DNA of 64,000 bases from Paracoccaceae bacterium (GCA_965116115.1 OZ220486.1:2144808-2208807); one strand, 5' to 3'; shown: positions 10,815 to 21,062, counted from the first letter of the stretch. Notes: a model not told the origin generated them from the sequence alone. Numbers and translations: made by a program.

Positions 10815-11072
10815 ATGCACAACAAACACCGCAAAACCCTTGCGACGGTTTTCACCGACCCGGTGTCAGCAACGGTCGAATGGTCCGCTATCGAAAATCT
10901 GCTGATCGCAGCCGGGGCGCGGGTGATCAAAGGCGGCGGCTCACGGGTTCGCTTCGAGAAGGACGGCGAAGTCGAAACCTTCCACCGCCCGCACCCGGCC
11001 AAGGAAGCCAAGCGGTATCAGGTCCGCGCCGCCCGCACGTTTTTGGAAAGGATCGGAGTCACACCACGATGA
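10815..11072 (+). CDS. hicA: HicA-family toxin
   Basis: Internal ATG of ORF 10668..11072. MHNKHRKTLATVFTDPV...GSRVRFEKDGEVETFHRPHPAKE is the HicA-like pattern. The stop overlaps the hicB start (ATGA). Confidence 0.7.
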   Translation: MHNKHRKTLATVFTDPVSATVEWSAIENLLIAAGARVIKGGGSRVRFEKDGEVETFHRPHPAKEAKRYQVRAARTFLERIGVTPR

Positions 11073-11410
11073 CGAACACCATGACCTACAAAGGCTATTC
11101 TGCCCGCATCGAATACGACGACGAGGACGGCATTCTGACCGGCCAGATCGCGGGCATCCGCGACGGGATAGGTTTCCACGCTGACAACGTGGAGGAGCTG
11201 CGCGCCGCATTTCATGAGGCCGTGGATGACTACATCGAAACCTGTGCCAAGATCAGCAAGGACCCCCAGAAGCCCTATTCTGGCCGGGTCATGTTCCGCG
11301 TCGATCCCGATGTTCACCGAAAAGCCGCTCTGGCGGCGGAACTGGCGGGCAAAAGCCTCAACCAATGGGCCGAGGATGTGCTGGACCGCGCTGCACGTGA
11401 GACGGCCTAG
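11069..11410 (+). CDS. hicB: HicB-family antitoxin
   Basis: MTNTMTYKGYSARIEYDDEDGILTGQIAGIRDGIGFHADNVEELRAAFHEAVDDYIETC plus a C-terminal RHH-like KSLNQWAEDVL. Start is the internal ATG of ORF 10880..11410. Confidence 0.8.
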   Translation: MTNTMTYKGYSARIEYDDEDGILTGQIAGIRDGIGFHADNVEELRAAFHEAVDDYIETCAKISKDPQKPYSGRVMFRVDPDVHRKAALAAELAGKSLNQWAEDVLDRAARETA

Positions 11411-12767
11411 CGGTCTGTCATTGTTATATTGACAGCTACAGGGAATGCAGTTCAGTACGCGCGTCCTCGGCGGTGAACCGCTGTTTGACCGGGGCCGGGT
11501 CGGCGTTGCGCGCTTTTTCCCATGCCGAAACCTCGCGGCAGAGCGTCTCCCGGTCGGGAATGCGCCGGGAAAGGCGCTGACGGCTCAGCACGCTGATTTT
11601 GCTCTCGGCGATGTTCAGCCGGGTGCCGTGTTTCGGCGCATGATGAACTTCAAAACGCTCGTAGAGCCTGCCCGCCTGCTCCGGCGGGAAAGCGTAGTAA
11701 AGACTCGACAGCTCATGCCGTTGTCCATGGCCGGCACGATTTTTTTGCCGGGGAAGTGAATATCGGCGATGTCTCTGAGGAGCTCGGCGAAATCTTTCTT
11801 CGTCCGGCGGTCGGTGATTTTGACATGCCCTGGTCTGAAAGCGGCGCATGCACCATGAACAGATTCGCCGTCCCGTTGCGCTCGTATTCGCAGTCGAAGC
11901 GCGCCGGCCGGCCGGGAGCGGCAGGCAAAGCCGCGCGGACCTCCTTCGTCTGCTGCTTGCCCGCCTCGGCTGTGCAGATCAAGACCTCGTCCTCGCTGAA
12001 TTTCCGCTGACAGACCCTGAGCACATCCTCCATCGAGCATGCGAAGTCGCCGCTGTTCTCCGCCGGAATGCGCTGACACCGCGTAAGGTGCGGTTTCAAA
12101 TCGTTTTTTTAATGTCTTCCTGACCGTCTCCCGAGAAATGCTGTCAACGACATTCAATGCGACCAGCCGCTCGCTGAGCAGGGCCGGCGGCTGTGAGGAA
12201 CGCCCTTCGGGAGGTTCCGAACAGGCGATCATCGTCAGCTTCGCCTCGCCCTCGCCGTCAAGCTTCGGAGGAACGCGGTTCGAATGCGGCCTGCGCTCCA
12301 AAGCCGCCATACCCTCCTCGACGAAACGCCGGCGGAGCCGCTCGACCGTCGCCGTGCCGACCCCGACGGAATCGGCGGCGTCGGCATCAGTGCGCGAGCC
12401 GCTCTTCCGGTTCTGATCCGTGAGAAGAAGAATATGCGCCCGCCGCCGCCGCTCGGCCGAACCGCGGCCGGATGAAACGATCTCCTCTGATTCAGCCCGT
12501 TCATGATCTTCGAGCCGAATGCGCTGTATCTTGCGTCCGATTTGTTCCTGTCAGTCCGTCATAGCTTCCCGCCTCTTGAATCGCCGCCGGCGCGAAACAG
12601 GCCTCAGCCGCTGGATTCCTGCTCAGAATCCGGTTGAAACACCCGGCCGACAACATTTGTCTTCGTTCAGACTGAAGCTTCTGCTGCAACTTCAACAGAG
12701 TGTCAACACCGGAAATCAGGACGTCCTCCAAACCACGATTGCCATCATTATCACTGTGTCAGACTAC
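11410..12767 (-). mobile_element. IS630-family element, copy 1 (1358 bp, TA-flanked), transposase defective
   Basis: Ends are gcggtctgtcattgttatattg and cactgtgtcagactac, flanked by TA at 11408-09 and 12768-69. Transposase pieces lie in ORFs 11436..11849, 11713..12099 and 11615..12310 (HVKITDRRTKKDFAELL...MDN, HAPKHGTRLNIAE). Collinear with copy 2 at 53174..54531. Confidence 0.85.
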
Positions 12768-13536
12768 TAGTCCGCACAGAATACGGTCGGCGCGGTGCGC
12801 ATGGTTCATGCCCAGGATATTCCGGTATGCTCGTTGAAAGCCGTGCACCGCAGTGCCGTCGCATCCGCGGTTGCGTCCCCGGGATTTTTACCCAAACGGA
12901 AGCCGCTGAGAAGCTCCCTGCGGATGACATGAACCTTCTTTAGCTTGCCGCCGAAGCGCGAATATGTCGGGCGAAGCTAAAAAATTGGCGTTACCGGTGT
13001 TAAGAACGGTCGAAATCGTCCCCGGGAGACAGCCGCGCTGGAGTGATCCTCTATAGCCTCGGCCATCGACCAGGTGCGCCGCGACCGGTTAACGCACGGC
13101 AGAACGCGGTCTTGAAACGCAGCGCGCCAAGCTGCCGCGCCCTCTAGAAAACGGCCCGCGTACATCTCCACGCATTGAGCGCAAGCAGCCCTGCGAATTC
13201 GTCGCTCCAAAGTCCCGAGCGTAACCGCGTGATGTTCGCGGGCTGCCGTCGGGTGCGAGCAGCCGACCTCTGCCACGACGCCCCAATACGAAAAACCGTT
13301 TTTCTTCAGTGCCTGGACACAGCAACGGCCGTGCCAAGTCACACAGTTAAAGCTTGACAGCATGCGATTCTCTCCCTTTTCTCATTGCAAAGAGCATCGC
13401 AACCGCTTGATCCGCATGTAATATATAGATCCACCTGCGTCGCGATCCACAATTGAAGCGGTGCGTTTCTGAGTCTAATCGGGGTAATGACGAATGACCG
13501 GTCTGAAGTGATTCCATCCAACCGAGGAATAAGACA

Positions 13537-13849
13537 AGGCTCAATTTACAAATCGTATGCATCCATACTGTAATGTATTTATATACAAGGGGATAGATGT
13601 CATAGATCACAAGCGGTTTTGCCAGATACTTCGACAATTATTCTGCAGTATTATCAGTATGTTGGGCTGAAAAATGCCTCCTCCCGCACATTTTTTCGGC
13701 GCTTATATGTTTGACTAGCCGTAACACAAAATGTAGTGTTCAGAGAACAACAAAATACACAAGGAGTAGTTTTTGGCTAATTAAGTATATAAGCCCCATT
13801 TTTTCTGCGGGAACCGAAAGACCGTGCATACGATTTGTAAATTGAGCCT
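13537..13849. mobile_element. 313-bp AT-rich MITE-like element with 24/25-bp perfect terminal inverted repeats and a 6-7 bp direct duplication
   Basis: aggctcaatttacaaatcgtatgca (13537..13561) is the exact reverse complement of 13825..13849. taagaca flanks both ends (13530-36 and 13849-55). No coding capacity is evident. Confidence 0.6.
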
Positions 13850-13855
13850 AAGACA

Positions 13856-14608
13856 ATGACCGTCAAAAAGTCAGTGATCATCACCGGTGCGTCATCCGGC
13901 ATCGGCGCGGCGCTATCGCGTCGGGTAGCCGCACCCGACATCGGCATCGTCGTTCACGCCCGGAAATCAGCGGACCGGCTCGAAGGTGTCGCAGCTGATT
14001 TGACGGCGCGGGGCGCCGTAGTTTCGCAGGTGTTGGGCGACCTCGCCGAAGCGGCGACCGCGGATCGTATTGTGAATGCAGCCGTGACTCGTTTCGGCCG
14101 TCTCGACGCGTTGGCAGCCAATGCCGGGTTTCCGATTCTGAAGAGCTTTGAGCAGGGAACGGACGCGGATCTTGATTATGCGTTCCGCGGTAATGTCATC
14201 AGTTTCATGCGATTGGCGCGCGCCGCTCATGAGGCTTTGAAAAAGTCGGGGCAGGGCAGAGTGGTCGCGGTGGGCAGCTTCACCGCGCATGTGTTCCGGT
14301 CCGATATGCCGCAGTTTCCGATGTCAGCCGCCTCCAAGGGCGCGCTTGAGGTGGCGGTGAGAAGCCTTGCGATGTTTATGGCACCTGACGGCATCACGGT
14401 GAACTGTGTCGTGCCGGGATATATCGCTAAAGATCATGGCACCGCAGACGGTCTGCCTGATGACGCTCTGAGCGAACTGGCCGGACGGATTCCCCTGGGA
14501 CGAGTTGGCCAGCCGGACGAAGTCGCCGGCGCGATCGCCTTTCTGCTCGCTCCGGACGCCGCTTATATCACTGGACAATGTCTGCATGTGAACGGGGGGC
14601 TGGTTTGA
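13856..14608 (+). CDS. Short-chain dehydrogenase/reductase (SDR) family protein, atypical active site
   Basis: [12 protein letters not shown] Rossmann motif, LAANAG, and VNCVVPGYI. The expected Y-x3-K reads S-A-A-S-K ([11 protein letters not shown]). Confidence 0.8.
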   Translation: MTVKKSVIITGASSGIGAALSRRVAAPDIGIVVHARKSADRLEGVAADLTARGAVVSQVLGDLAEAATADRIVNAAVTRFGRLDALAANAGFPILKSFEQGTDADLDYAFRGNVISFMRLARAAHEALKKSGQGRVVAVGSFTAHVFRSDMPQFPMSAASKGALEVAVRSLAMFMAPDGITVNCVVPGYIAKDHGTADGLPDDALSELAGRIPLGRVGQPDEVAGAIAFLLAPDAAYITGQCLHVNGGLV

Positions 14609-14666
14609 ACCGGCATGAGTTAAGCGCAGGGCAGACGCTTTCGCTGCCAAGTTCTATCAGTCGGGA

Positions 14667-17155
14667 TCATACCCGCGGGGTTACGCGTGCAGCCGTGCGG
14701 ATATCGGCGATCTGAACGCCAAGGGCCATGAGTGTCTGACGCAGGTCGTTGAAAACCGGCTGAGCCCCTTCAGGATCAGAGATTGTCAGGATCGCCGTGA
14801 AGGGCACTCCGTCGTCGGGCATCTCCTCTTCAGCCCGCGTGAGATAGTTGACGGAAAGGCGCCAGCTCGAGGTCTTGCCGACGCCGAGCGGCATTTTCTT
14901 GGTGAAAACTTTGACCTGGCTCCACTTCATACTGTGCTTAATCAGTTCGGCTTCAATCATTGGAATCTCGCTCCGGCTTGGAAGGTGGACTAGATCCAAT
15001 CGGCCTTGCCATCTGCCGTCAGGCTGTTCTTGCTGAAGGGCAGCGTTGAGATTGATCCGCACGAATTCAGATCCGTATCTCTGATCAAGCGGCGGCGTGG
15101 ATATAAGTGTCAAGCGAACGGCCCCGCGACACTTCCCTCCGGGAGCGGCAAGAGAGGAAGGCCAGTAAAACCTGAAAGTCACTTGCTGATCACGCCTTAT
15201 CCGTGACGCGAACACCAAGGTGATCTCGTGATCGTCTGTTTCCAGGATATCCTCCATTGACATCGGAACGCCGAAACCTGCCAAATGACGGGCTACCGGG
15301 GCCAATGCTTTCATCTGAAGCGGCTGCGGAACCCAGGCGTTATGAATCAAGAGGCCGATCAGCGTCTCCCTTGAGACGTCTCCCTCAATGGCGTGGTCCA
15401 AGGCGGCAGCCGTTTTTGCAGCGAGAGGGGCCGCATAACTTGTGCCGCAATCACTGATGACATCGCCCTCAAGGTTAACGGAGAAGAGGGCATGGTCAAG
15501 AGGAGGCTGCGGAGAACCGGAACCGCCGACGTGAGCGATGTCAGTTTCACGCCGGTTCGCAAACCCGGCCCCCGCCGGCTGAAGCGGCATGGCGAAAAAG
15601 GCACAGAGATCGGATGGCCCGGCGGATTGACTGCGGTAACCGAAACATTTCGGACGCTCTCGGCCGGAGAGAGCAACCCGTCGTTGATTGACGCCGCTAC
15701 GTCCGCAAGCGCCTTTGTCGTGTCCTCTGACCATTCAGGGCGAAGATCGCGTGGATCAAGATTGCCGGCTGAAACGAAGATAATGGCATCGTTTTCTTCG
15801 GCAATGCGGTCGAGACGGGCCGCATGGAGACTGTATCGGTCAAAGGCCGCTTGCTGGATAATGTTCAGGCTCATGTTGAAGATGCGGACACCGTTACGTG
15901 CCCGCATTTCGCCTATCGCTGTTTCCACTTCGTCAAAAAACCCAGGCTAGCCCTGTGGATAATATGAAGCAAAAGCATCGGTACCTTCACTTGGAAACAC
16001 TGCGAGATCGACGAGTTCGGCTCCGTCGGATTCAGGACAGCACCGGGGGCCGTTGAGTGTCCTGCCCAAGACGGCGAGACCACCGATAAAAGAGCCATGA
16101 GCAAGGTTTTTATGTTCTTCAGCAAGGAGGCCCCAACGGTCAATCACCCAATCCGACAGCACCGAGCCCATACCGCCGTCTATAATGCCGATCTTTGGAT
16201 ATGTTCCGGCCTTTTTCCGGGGCGGCACCACCGCCGTGACCGGGCGCACACGGCCTTGAAATGCAGTTGTTCGCGTGATGATGCCAGGGAGCGAAATCTT
16301 GCGAACAAGAGGATGACCGTCCAGGAAAGTCAAGAGACGGTGATTTCGCTCCCGTGATGGATCGAATGCGGCAGCCGTACGATGCCGATCCGCCTGAGGC
16401 GGCGGATCGAGGAGATGTGTCTGAGCAGACGCCGTGCGGGATACCCGGACCGACAGAAGCGGCTGGGAGCGGGCGTGGGCGGGAAGTCTACGAACCTTCA
16501 ACCCTTCGCCAAGCGAATCGAGGCCAGCCGTGAAAGACGTGAACAGGCGACGATGGCTTTCACTGAGTGAATCCCGATCGCTCTGTGCGGGAAGCGTTTT
16601 GAACAGCTCCACCTCATAGCTGCCGCCAGTGATCGGGTTTGACAACCAGGCCACAGCTTCTTCCAGTGAGAAGTCTCTTCTGTCGCTTTCGCTGTAGATC
16701 TCAATTCGTTCGATGGCACCCGATTCGCTGCGGCGCGTTGAGGGATACGGAACCTGCATTCCTTGGATTTGACGGAATCTGGTGTTGTCCTCGGTGCCTG
16801 CGATTTCCTCGGCGACCTGCAGCAATGCGGGAGGCCGCGCTTCGACAAGGATAACGCCAAGGTCGGTTCCGCCTGCGATTGGAGTGCGCTCCGGCTTGAA
16901 GAGCGTCCTGAATGGTCGATGGCTTTTCGCCAATGCCGTACGGCGCAGAATCACCTTCACGTAGCCCAGGTCGGTGTGAGGTTGATTGGCCAAGCCGTGC
17001 GCCAGCGTTTTAAGTTGCTTAATAAGGCGTGCCTTGTGCTGTCGAAATTCCCGGTCGCGGTTCGCAAAAAAATCCTTTCTCGGTCCGCCCCCGGCAGTTT
17101 CCCGAGATTCCTCGTAATTCTCAGGATTCAGGATGATCTGGATCGGGTTACCCAT
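14667..17155 (-). pseudogene. S8 (subtilisin-like) serine peptidase, IetS-like, inactivated by one in-frame TAG and one frameshift
   Basis: Catalytic motifs are GIIDGG (Asp), AHGSFIGG (His) and CGTSYAAP (Ser), spread over ORFs 15947..17155, 15359..15928 and 14667..15734. An amber codon at 15947-49 sits in frame (YYPQG*PGFFDEVETAIGEM). The frame changes near 15545-15555, between GPGLRTGVK and DIAHVGGSG. Confidence 0.75.
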
Positions 17156-18365
17156 CGTCGCTCACCTCGCCGCCGGCTTCTGGATAACGCTCTCCCAATT
17201 TCCCGATCCTACGGCTTACTGTGGATTTGTCGCGTCCGGCGACTTCCCCGATGTCGGCAAGTGAAAAGTCGAGTTCGGGATCATGTTTCATGGCACGGAA
17301 CAGGTTCGCCGTATCGCTGAACAACAGCTTCCGCCGGGTGCTGTCAATGCGAGCGCTGTTAAGCGTCGCGAACTGCCTGAGCGTGTCCAGCAATCCCCGC
17401 CGATCCTGACCTTTGATTATGACAGCCCTCTTATACGTCCGCGACAAAGACTCGATCTCAGCGCCTGTGCAGCCAGCCGTGAACCATGCGATCAGTCGTA
17501 TGTGGTTTTCAGGAACGCTGATCGGGGGCATTAAATGCCGGGCGATGGCAGTTCGCAGTTGGAAGTCCGGCTTCGGAATTTCGAGTTGCACATCAAAGCG
17601 CCGCCAGACAGCAGGGTCCAGCAGACGCTCATGGTTCGTGATCCCGACGGTGAGGCCGATGTCCTTGCGCATATCCAGATTCTGAAGCAGGGCGTTAACC
17701 ACACGCTTGATCTCCCCCACCTCCTGCGGATCATTGCGAAGCTTCGCAATGGCATCGAACTCATCAAGAAGCAGCAGACAGCGATGACGGTTCGCGAAAG
17801 CGAAAAGATTGCCTATGTTGCGTGCTGTCGTCCCGAGAAACGAAGAGATCAAACCGTCCAGTCTTGCCAGCACGACGGGCAGATCAAGTTGGCATGCGAT
17901 CCATTGGGCGAGGCGCGTCTTGCCGGTGCCGGGCGCGCCAAAAATGAGGCAGGCCTTCGGCGGCTGAAGCCCGGCGGCGGAGAGAGCTTCAATGTTGGCC
18001 CATTCTTCAATGACCGTCTTAATCGCGGCAGTGACCGTTGAGTTGAACAAAGGCGGGTCGGCGCGGATGTCCGCGGGGAATAAGAGTTCGGCCAGCGACG
18101 CAGCTGTTTCGCGGTCCACAGGGAGCGGCGTATTCGGGCTGAGGGTTTCCCCGGGCATTTGCGCTCTTGAACGCGTAAGCCGGCCCGGCGCTATCTCCTT
18201 GGTCCGTTCGGCTGCGGTGAGGAGGCGGTTCAGCGCCGCTGCTTGCCTGGTCTCTCCGTCCCGGGCGAGCGCGTCCTTCAGTCGCTCCACCTGCTTCCGC
18301 AATGCGGGGGAGGCATCCGCCATCGCTGCCCGGCAGAGGGCCTGGATTATCGGGAAGTGTTCCAT
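17148..18365 (-). CDS. AAA+ ATPase, IetA-like partner of the S8 peptidase
   Basis: Walker A IFGAPGTGKTRLA and Walker B CLLLLDEFDAIA. The stop overlaps the peptidase start by 8 nt (ATGGGTAA). The ATG at 18365 is preferred over the TTG at 18386. Confidence 0.75.
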   Translation of the reverse strand: MEHFPIIQALCRAAMADASPALRKQVERLKDALARDGETRQAAALNRLLTAAERTKEIAPGRLTRSRAQMPGETLSPNTPLPVDRETAASLAELLFPADIRADPPLFNSTVTAAIKTVIEEWANIEALSAAGLQPPKACLIFGAPGTGKTRLAQWIACQLDLPVVLARLDGLISSFLGTTARNIGNLFAFANRHRCLLLLDEFDAIAKLRNDPQEVGEIKRVVNALLQNLDMRKDIGLTVGITNHERLLDPAVWRRFDVQLEIPKPDFQLRTAIARHLMPPISVPENHIRLIAWFTAGCTGAEIESLSRTYKRAVIIKGQDRRGLLDTLRQFATLNSARIDSTRRKLLFSDTANLFRAMKHDPELDFSLADIGEVAGRDKSTVSRRIGKLGERYPEAGGEVSDDG

Positions 18366-18713
18366 TTTGATTCCTGATCGGGGCAAAAAATTGTTTTGTT
18401 GCGCATAAATTATAATTTGTTGCGCGTCAATAACAATTAATTTCTTAATATTATAAAATCGTTGCTTAGTAATGACTTCCTTGCCGTAAATTCTCCACCG
18501 GCTATGAAAAGCGCCGGGGAACGACTGCCCGGCCGGACCACATACTCATAATATTACATGAGCTTGTCGGAAAACCTGTTTTGCCATCCGGCATTATGCA
18601 CCCCCTCTGACCGACAGCCCTTTACTTTTCAGAGTTACCTATAGTGTTGATTGTAGTGACGCATCGCAAGATCCTGCTCTCATGAGCACGGGAACCGGAA
18701 AATCCCCGCAGGG

Positions 18714-19120
18714 GTGCTTACGACATTTTCAAAACGAACCGTCGATGCACTCAAGCCCGTCAGCAAGCCTTGGATCGCGTGGGACGACGAGGACCACCAG
18801 CTTCCGAGTGCGCATCCACCCCTCTAAAACCAAAGCCTCCATCGTCAACTACCGCGCCGGCGACGGCAGTAGGAAAGCACCCGACAAGCGCGTCTTGATT
18901 GACCACCACGGACAGCTTCCCCCGGCCATGCGCGACGGAAGGCGCGGGAACTGCTCGGTAAGGTTGCAAGCGGGGATAACCCCGCGCCGAAGCGCAGGCC
19001 ATGCCGACTTTCAGGTCGCCTTCGAGGACTACATGGCGGCCAATCCCCATCGCTCCGTCTGCACCGACGAACTGTATCGCTGCGAGGCGAACCGCTATCT
19101 GGCCGACTGGCTGCCCCCCT
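18714..19120 (+). pseudogene. Tyrosine-integrase N-terminal (DUF4102-type) fragment, frameshifted and truncated
   Basis: Translation from the GTG at 18714 gives VLTTFSKRTVDALKPVSKPWIAWDDE. A shifted frame (ORF 18682..19122) continues FRVRIHPSKTKASIVNYRAGDG...HHGQLPPAM. The reading frame ends where an ISAs1 terminal repeat begins. No catalytic domain is present. Confidence 0.55.
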
Positions 19121-19150
19121 AGGGCTATCGCTTTTGAATTTTTCTGCTTT
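19121..19150 (+). repeat. Solo ISAs1 left terminal repeat (30 nt identical to 29216..29245)
   Basis: agggctatcgcttttgaatttttctgcttt is identical at both loci. The sequence diverges after nt 30. Confidence 0.8.
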
Positions 19151-20341
19151 CCAATCGGCGCGCCCGTACAACTATGAAATGCATCCCCTGCATCCGCGCT
19201 GCACTGTGACGGCAATGGCAGAAGACTCGCCTGCGCCGAGGCCTCCAGTGGCTGACGAGGAGGCGAAAAGGCGTGGTTCTTCTGCGGCTTCAACAAAAAC
19301 GATGCAAGGTCCCCGGAATCAAATGCAAAGGCAAAGCGTCTTTTCTGATCGGGATATCGATCCGATACTTCGCCGGCGACATGGCCGGCGACCAGAAAGG
19401 CGTGGGAATGGTCCGCGGTTGAAGACGGCGGAAGGGGCGATCGACTATTGTGCGCCGCAGGTTGCCGGCACGGCCGAGCCGTTCCGCGCGGCCTTTCTGT
19501 ACGCGACATCGAGGATGCCTACAGGGACGAGGAGGGCCGGCTGCTGTTGTCCAAAACGGCGGTGTCAAAGATCGACGAGCGGCTGCAGGCGGATTATCAA
19601 GAGTTCGCCAGCCGCGACCTGTGCGAACATGACTTCGCCTATCTGTTCATCGACGGCGTTGTCGAGCGCATCCGGCCGGGCCGGAAACGCGAGCCGGCGC
19701 TTGCGGCGTCGGGCTTTACCGGCGAAGGCCGCAAGGTTCTTCTGCATCTGATGGCCGGATCGAAGGAAGACCACGAGACCGTCAGTGCGTTCTTTCCGGA
19801 TATGCGCGGGCGCGGTCTGGGCGACCCGCCGCTGCTGGTTCCGGACGGTGCGCCGGGTATCGTCAAGGCCATCGAGAACTGCTTGCCGAGATCGGCCGGG
19901 CAACGCTGTCTGGCGCATCGCATGGGCGATCCGGCGGCCAAGGTTCCGGAGGATCCGCAGCCTGATTTCAAGGCCCGCGCCACGGCCGCCTGTCATGCTC
20001 CCAGCCGCGCCATCGCCCGCGACTTGGCCGCCGGACCGGCGGACGATTACGACGATTACGATAAGAAGCCGCCCGGCGCCGTTGCCTGTTTTATGGACGG
20101 CTTTGAGGCCTGCATCGCGCATCTGAGAATGCCGGTCACCCGCCGCCGGGCGGTCCGGACGACGAATCTGCTGGAACGACTGTTCGTCGAAGAGCGCCGG
20201 CGCTTGAAGATCATCCCCGACGCGTTTGGCGAGAAGGCCGTGTTGAAACTCATATTCGGCGCCATGACACGCGCTGCCGAGCGGTGGAGGCCGATCTGGA
20301 TAACCGAATTCGAGCGCCGCCAGGGCCGGGCTCGACAATAA
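19151..20341 (+). pseudogene. Second-type IS256-family (Mutator-like) transposase, N-terminally degenerate
   Basis: ORF 19448..20341 has LSVRDIEDAY...FIDGVVERIR...LLVPDGAPGIVKAIE...QRCLAHRM...TTNLLERLFVEERRR. An upstream piece lies in another frame (QGPRNQMQRQSVF...ILRRRHGRR). About 250 bp of this 5' part recurs at 38920..39200. Confidence 0.65.
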
Positions 20342-20473
20342 ATACGAGGCTCGGATCGGCCTCGGCAAACCCGCCTCAAAGGAAAAGCCTTCCAGACAAA
20401 TTCCCAGCACTTTTCGGACTTGACCAGAGATATTTGATTCGTATATCTTTAAGATATATCATTGAGCCGCAAC

Positions 20474-20764
20474 ATGACAGATCCATTCGACTGGAACGAA
20501 GACAAGAACGCCTCACTCAAAGCGCGTCACGGTGTGAGCTTCGATGACGTGGTGATTGCGTTTCAGGAAGGGCGCTTGCTAGCCGATATTGACCACTCCG
20601 GCGAAGACTACGCGCACCAGCGCATGGCCGTGGTTGAGATCGAAGGCTATGCTTACGCCGTGCCGTATATGACGGACGGCGAAACCCGCTTCCTGAAGAC
20701 CCTCTTTCCCAGTCGAAAACTGCAAAAACGATATTTGGCTGACCCAGATGACCATGACCGCTGA
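20474..20764 (+). CDS. brnT: BrnT-family (DUF497) toxin
   Basis: FDWNEDKNASLKARHGVSFDDVVIAF is the BrnT N-terminal signature. The gene overlaps the downstream antitoxin gene. The ATG at 20474 is preferred over the TTG at 20462. Confidence 0.7.
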   Translation: MTDPFDWNEDKNASLKARHGVSFDDVVIAFQEGRLLADIDHSGEDYAHQRMAVVEIEGYAYAVPYMTDGETRFLKTLFPSRKLQKRYLADPDDHDR

Positions 20765-21062
20765 ACCTCTCTCCCCGATCCTGACCCGCGCAGACTTCGA
20801 CAGCGACGCGGAGTATCAAGAATATCTGGCCGTTGAGGCGGCGGACTATGACGATGCGCCCGCTGCCAGCGATGCTGAAAAGGCATTTTGGAAGGCGTTG
20901 GCGGACGAGCATATCAACGGCGAGCGTGAGAAAATCTCCCTCAACGTCCCCAAGCGCAATCTGTCGCGCCTCAAGGCACGGGCGCTGGAACAAGGCTTGC
21001 CGTACCAGACCCTCATCAACGCGGTGCTGCAACAATGGCTGCGCGACGGCCACCACCGCTGA
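20748..21062 (+). CDS. brnA: BrnA-family antitoxin
   Basis: C-terminal ISLNVPKRNLSRLKARALEQGLPYQTLINAVLQQWL is the BrnA-type RHH-like motif. The gene overlaps brnT by 17 nt. Confidence 0.7.
   Translation: MTMTAEPLSPILTRADFDSDAEYQEYLAVEAADYDDAPAASDAEKAFWKALADEHINGEREKISLNVPKRNLSRLKARALEQGLPYQTLINAVLQQWLRDGHHR

Noticed and set aside
12780-13370. ORFs 12977..13363 and 13089..13337 (-), considered as a possible HTH/transposase N-terminal fragment
   Set aside because: There are only vague resemblances (ALKKNGFSYWGVVAEVG; YARDFGATNSQGCLRS) split over frames. This is not enough to call.
18760-19509. 249-aa minus-strand ORF spanning the integrase fragment, the ISAs1 repeat and the IS256 remnant
   Set aside because: It crosses three unrelated sequence modules and is antisense to recognisable integrase and transposase fragments. 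It is a chance ORF.
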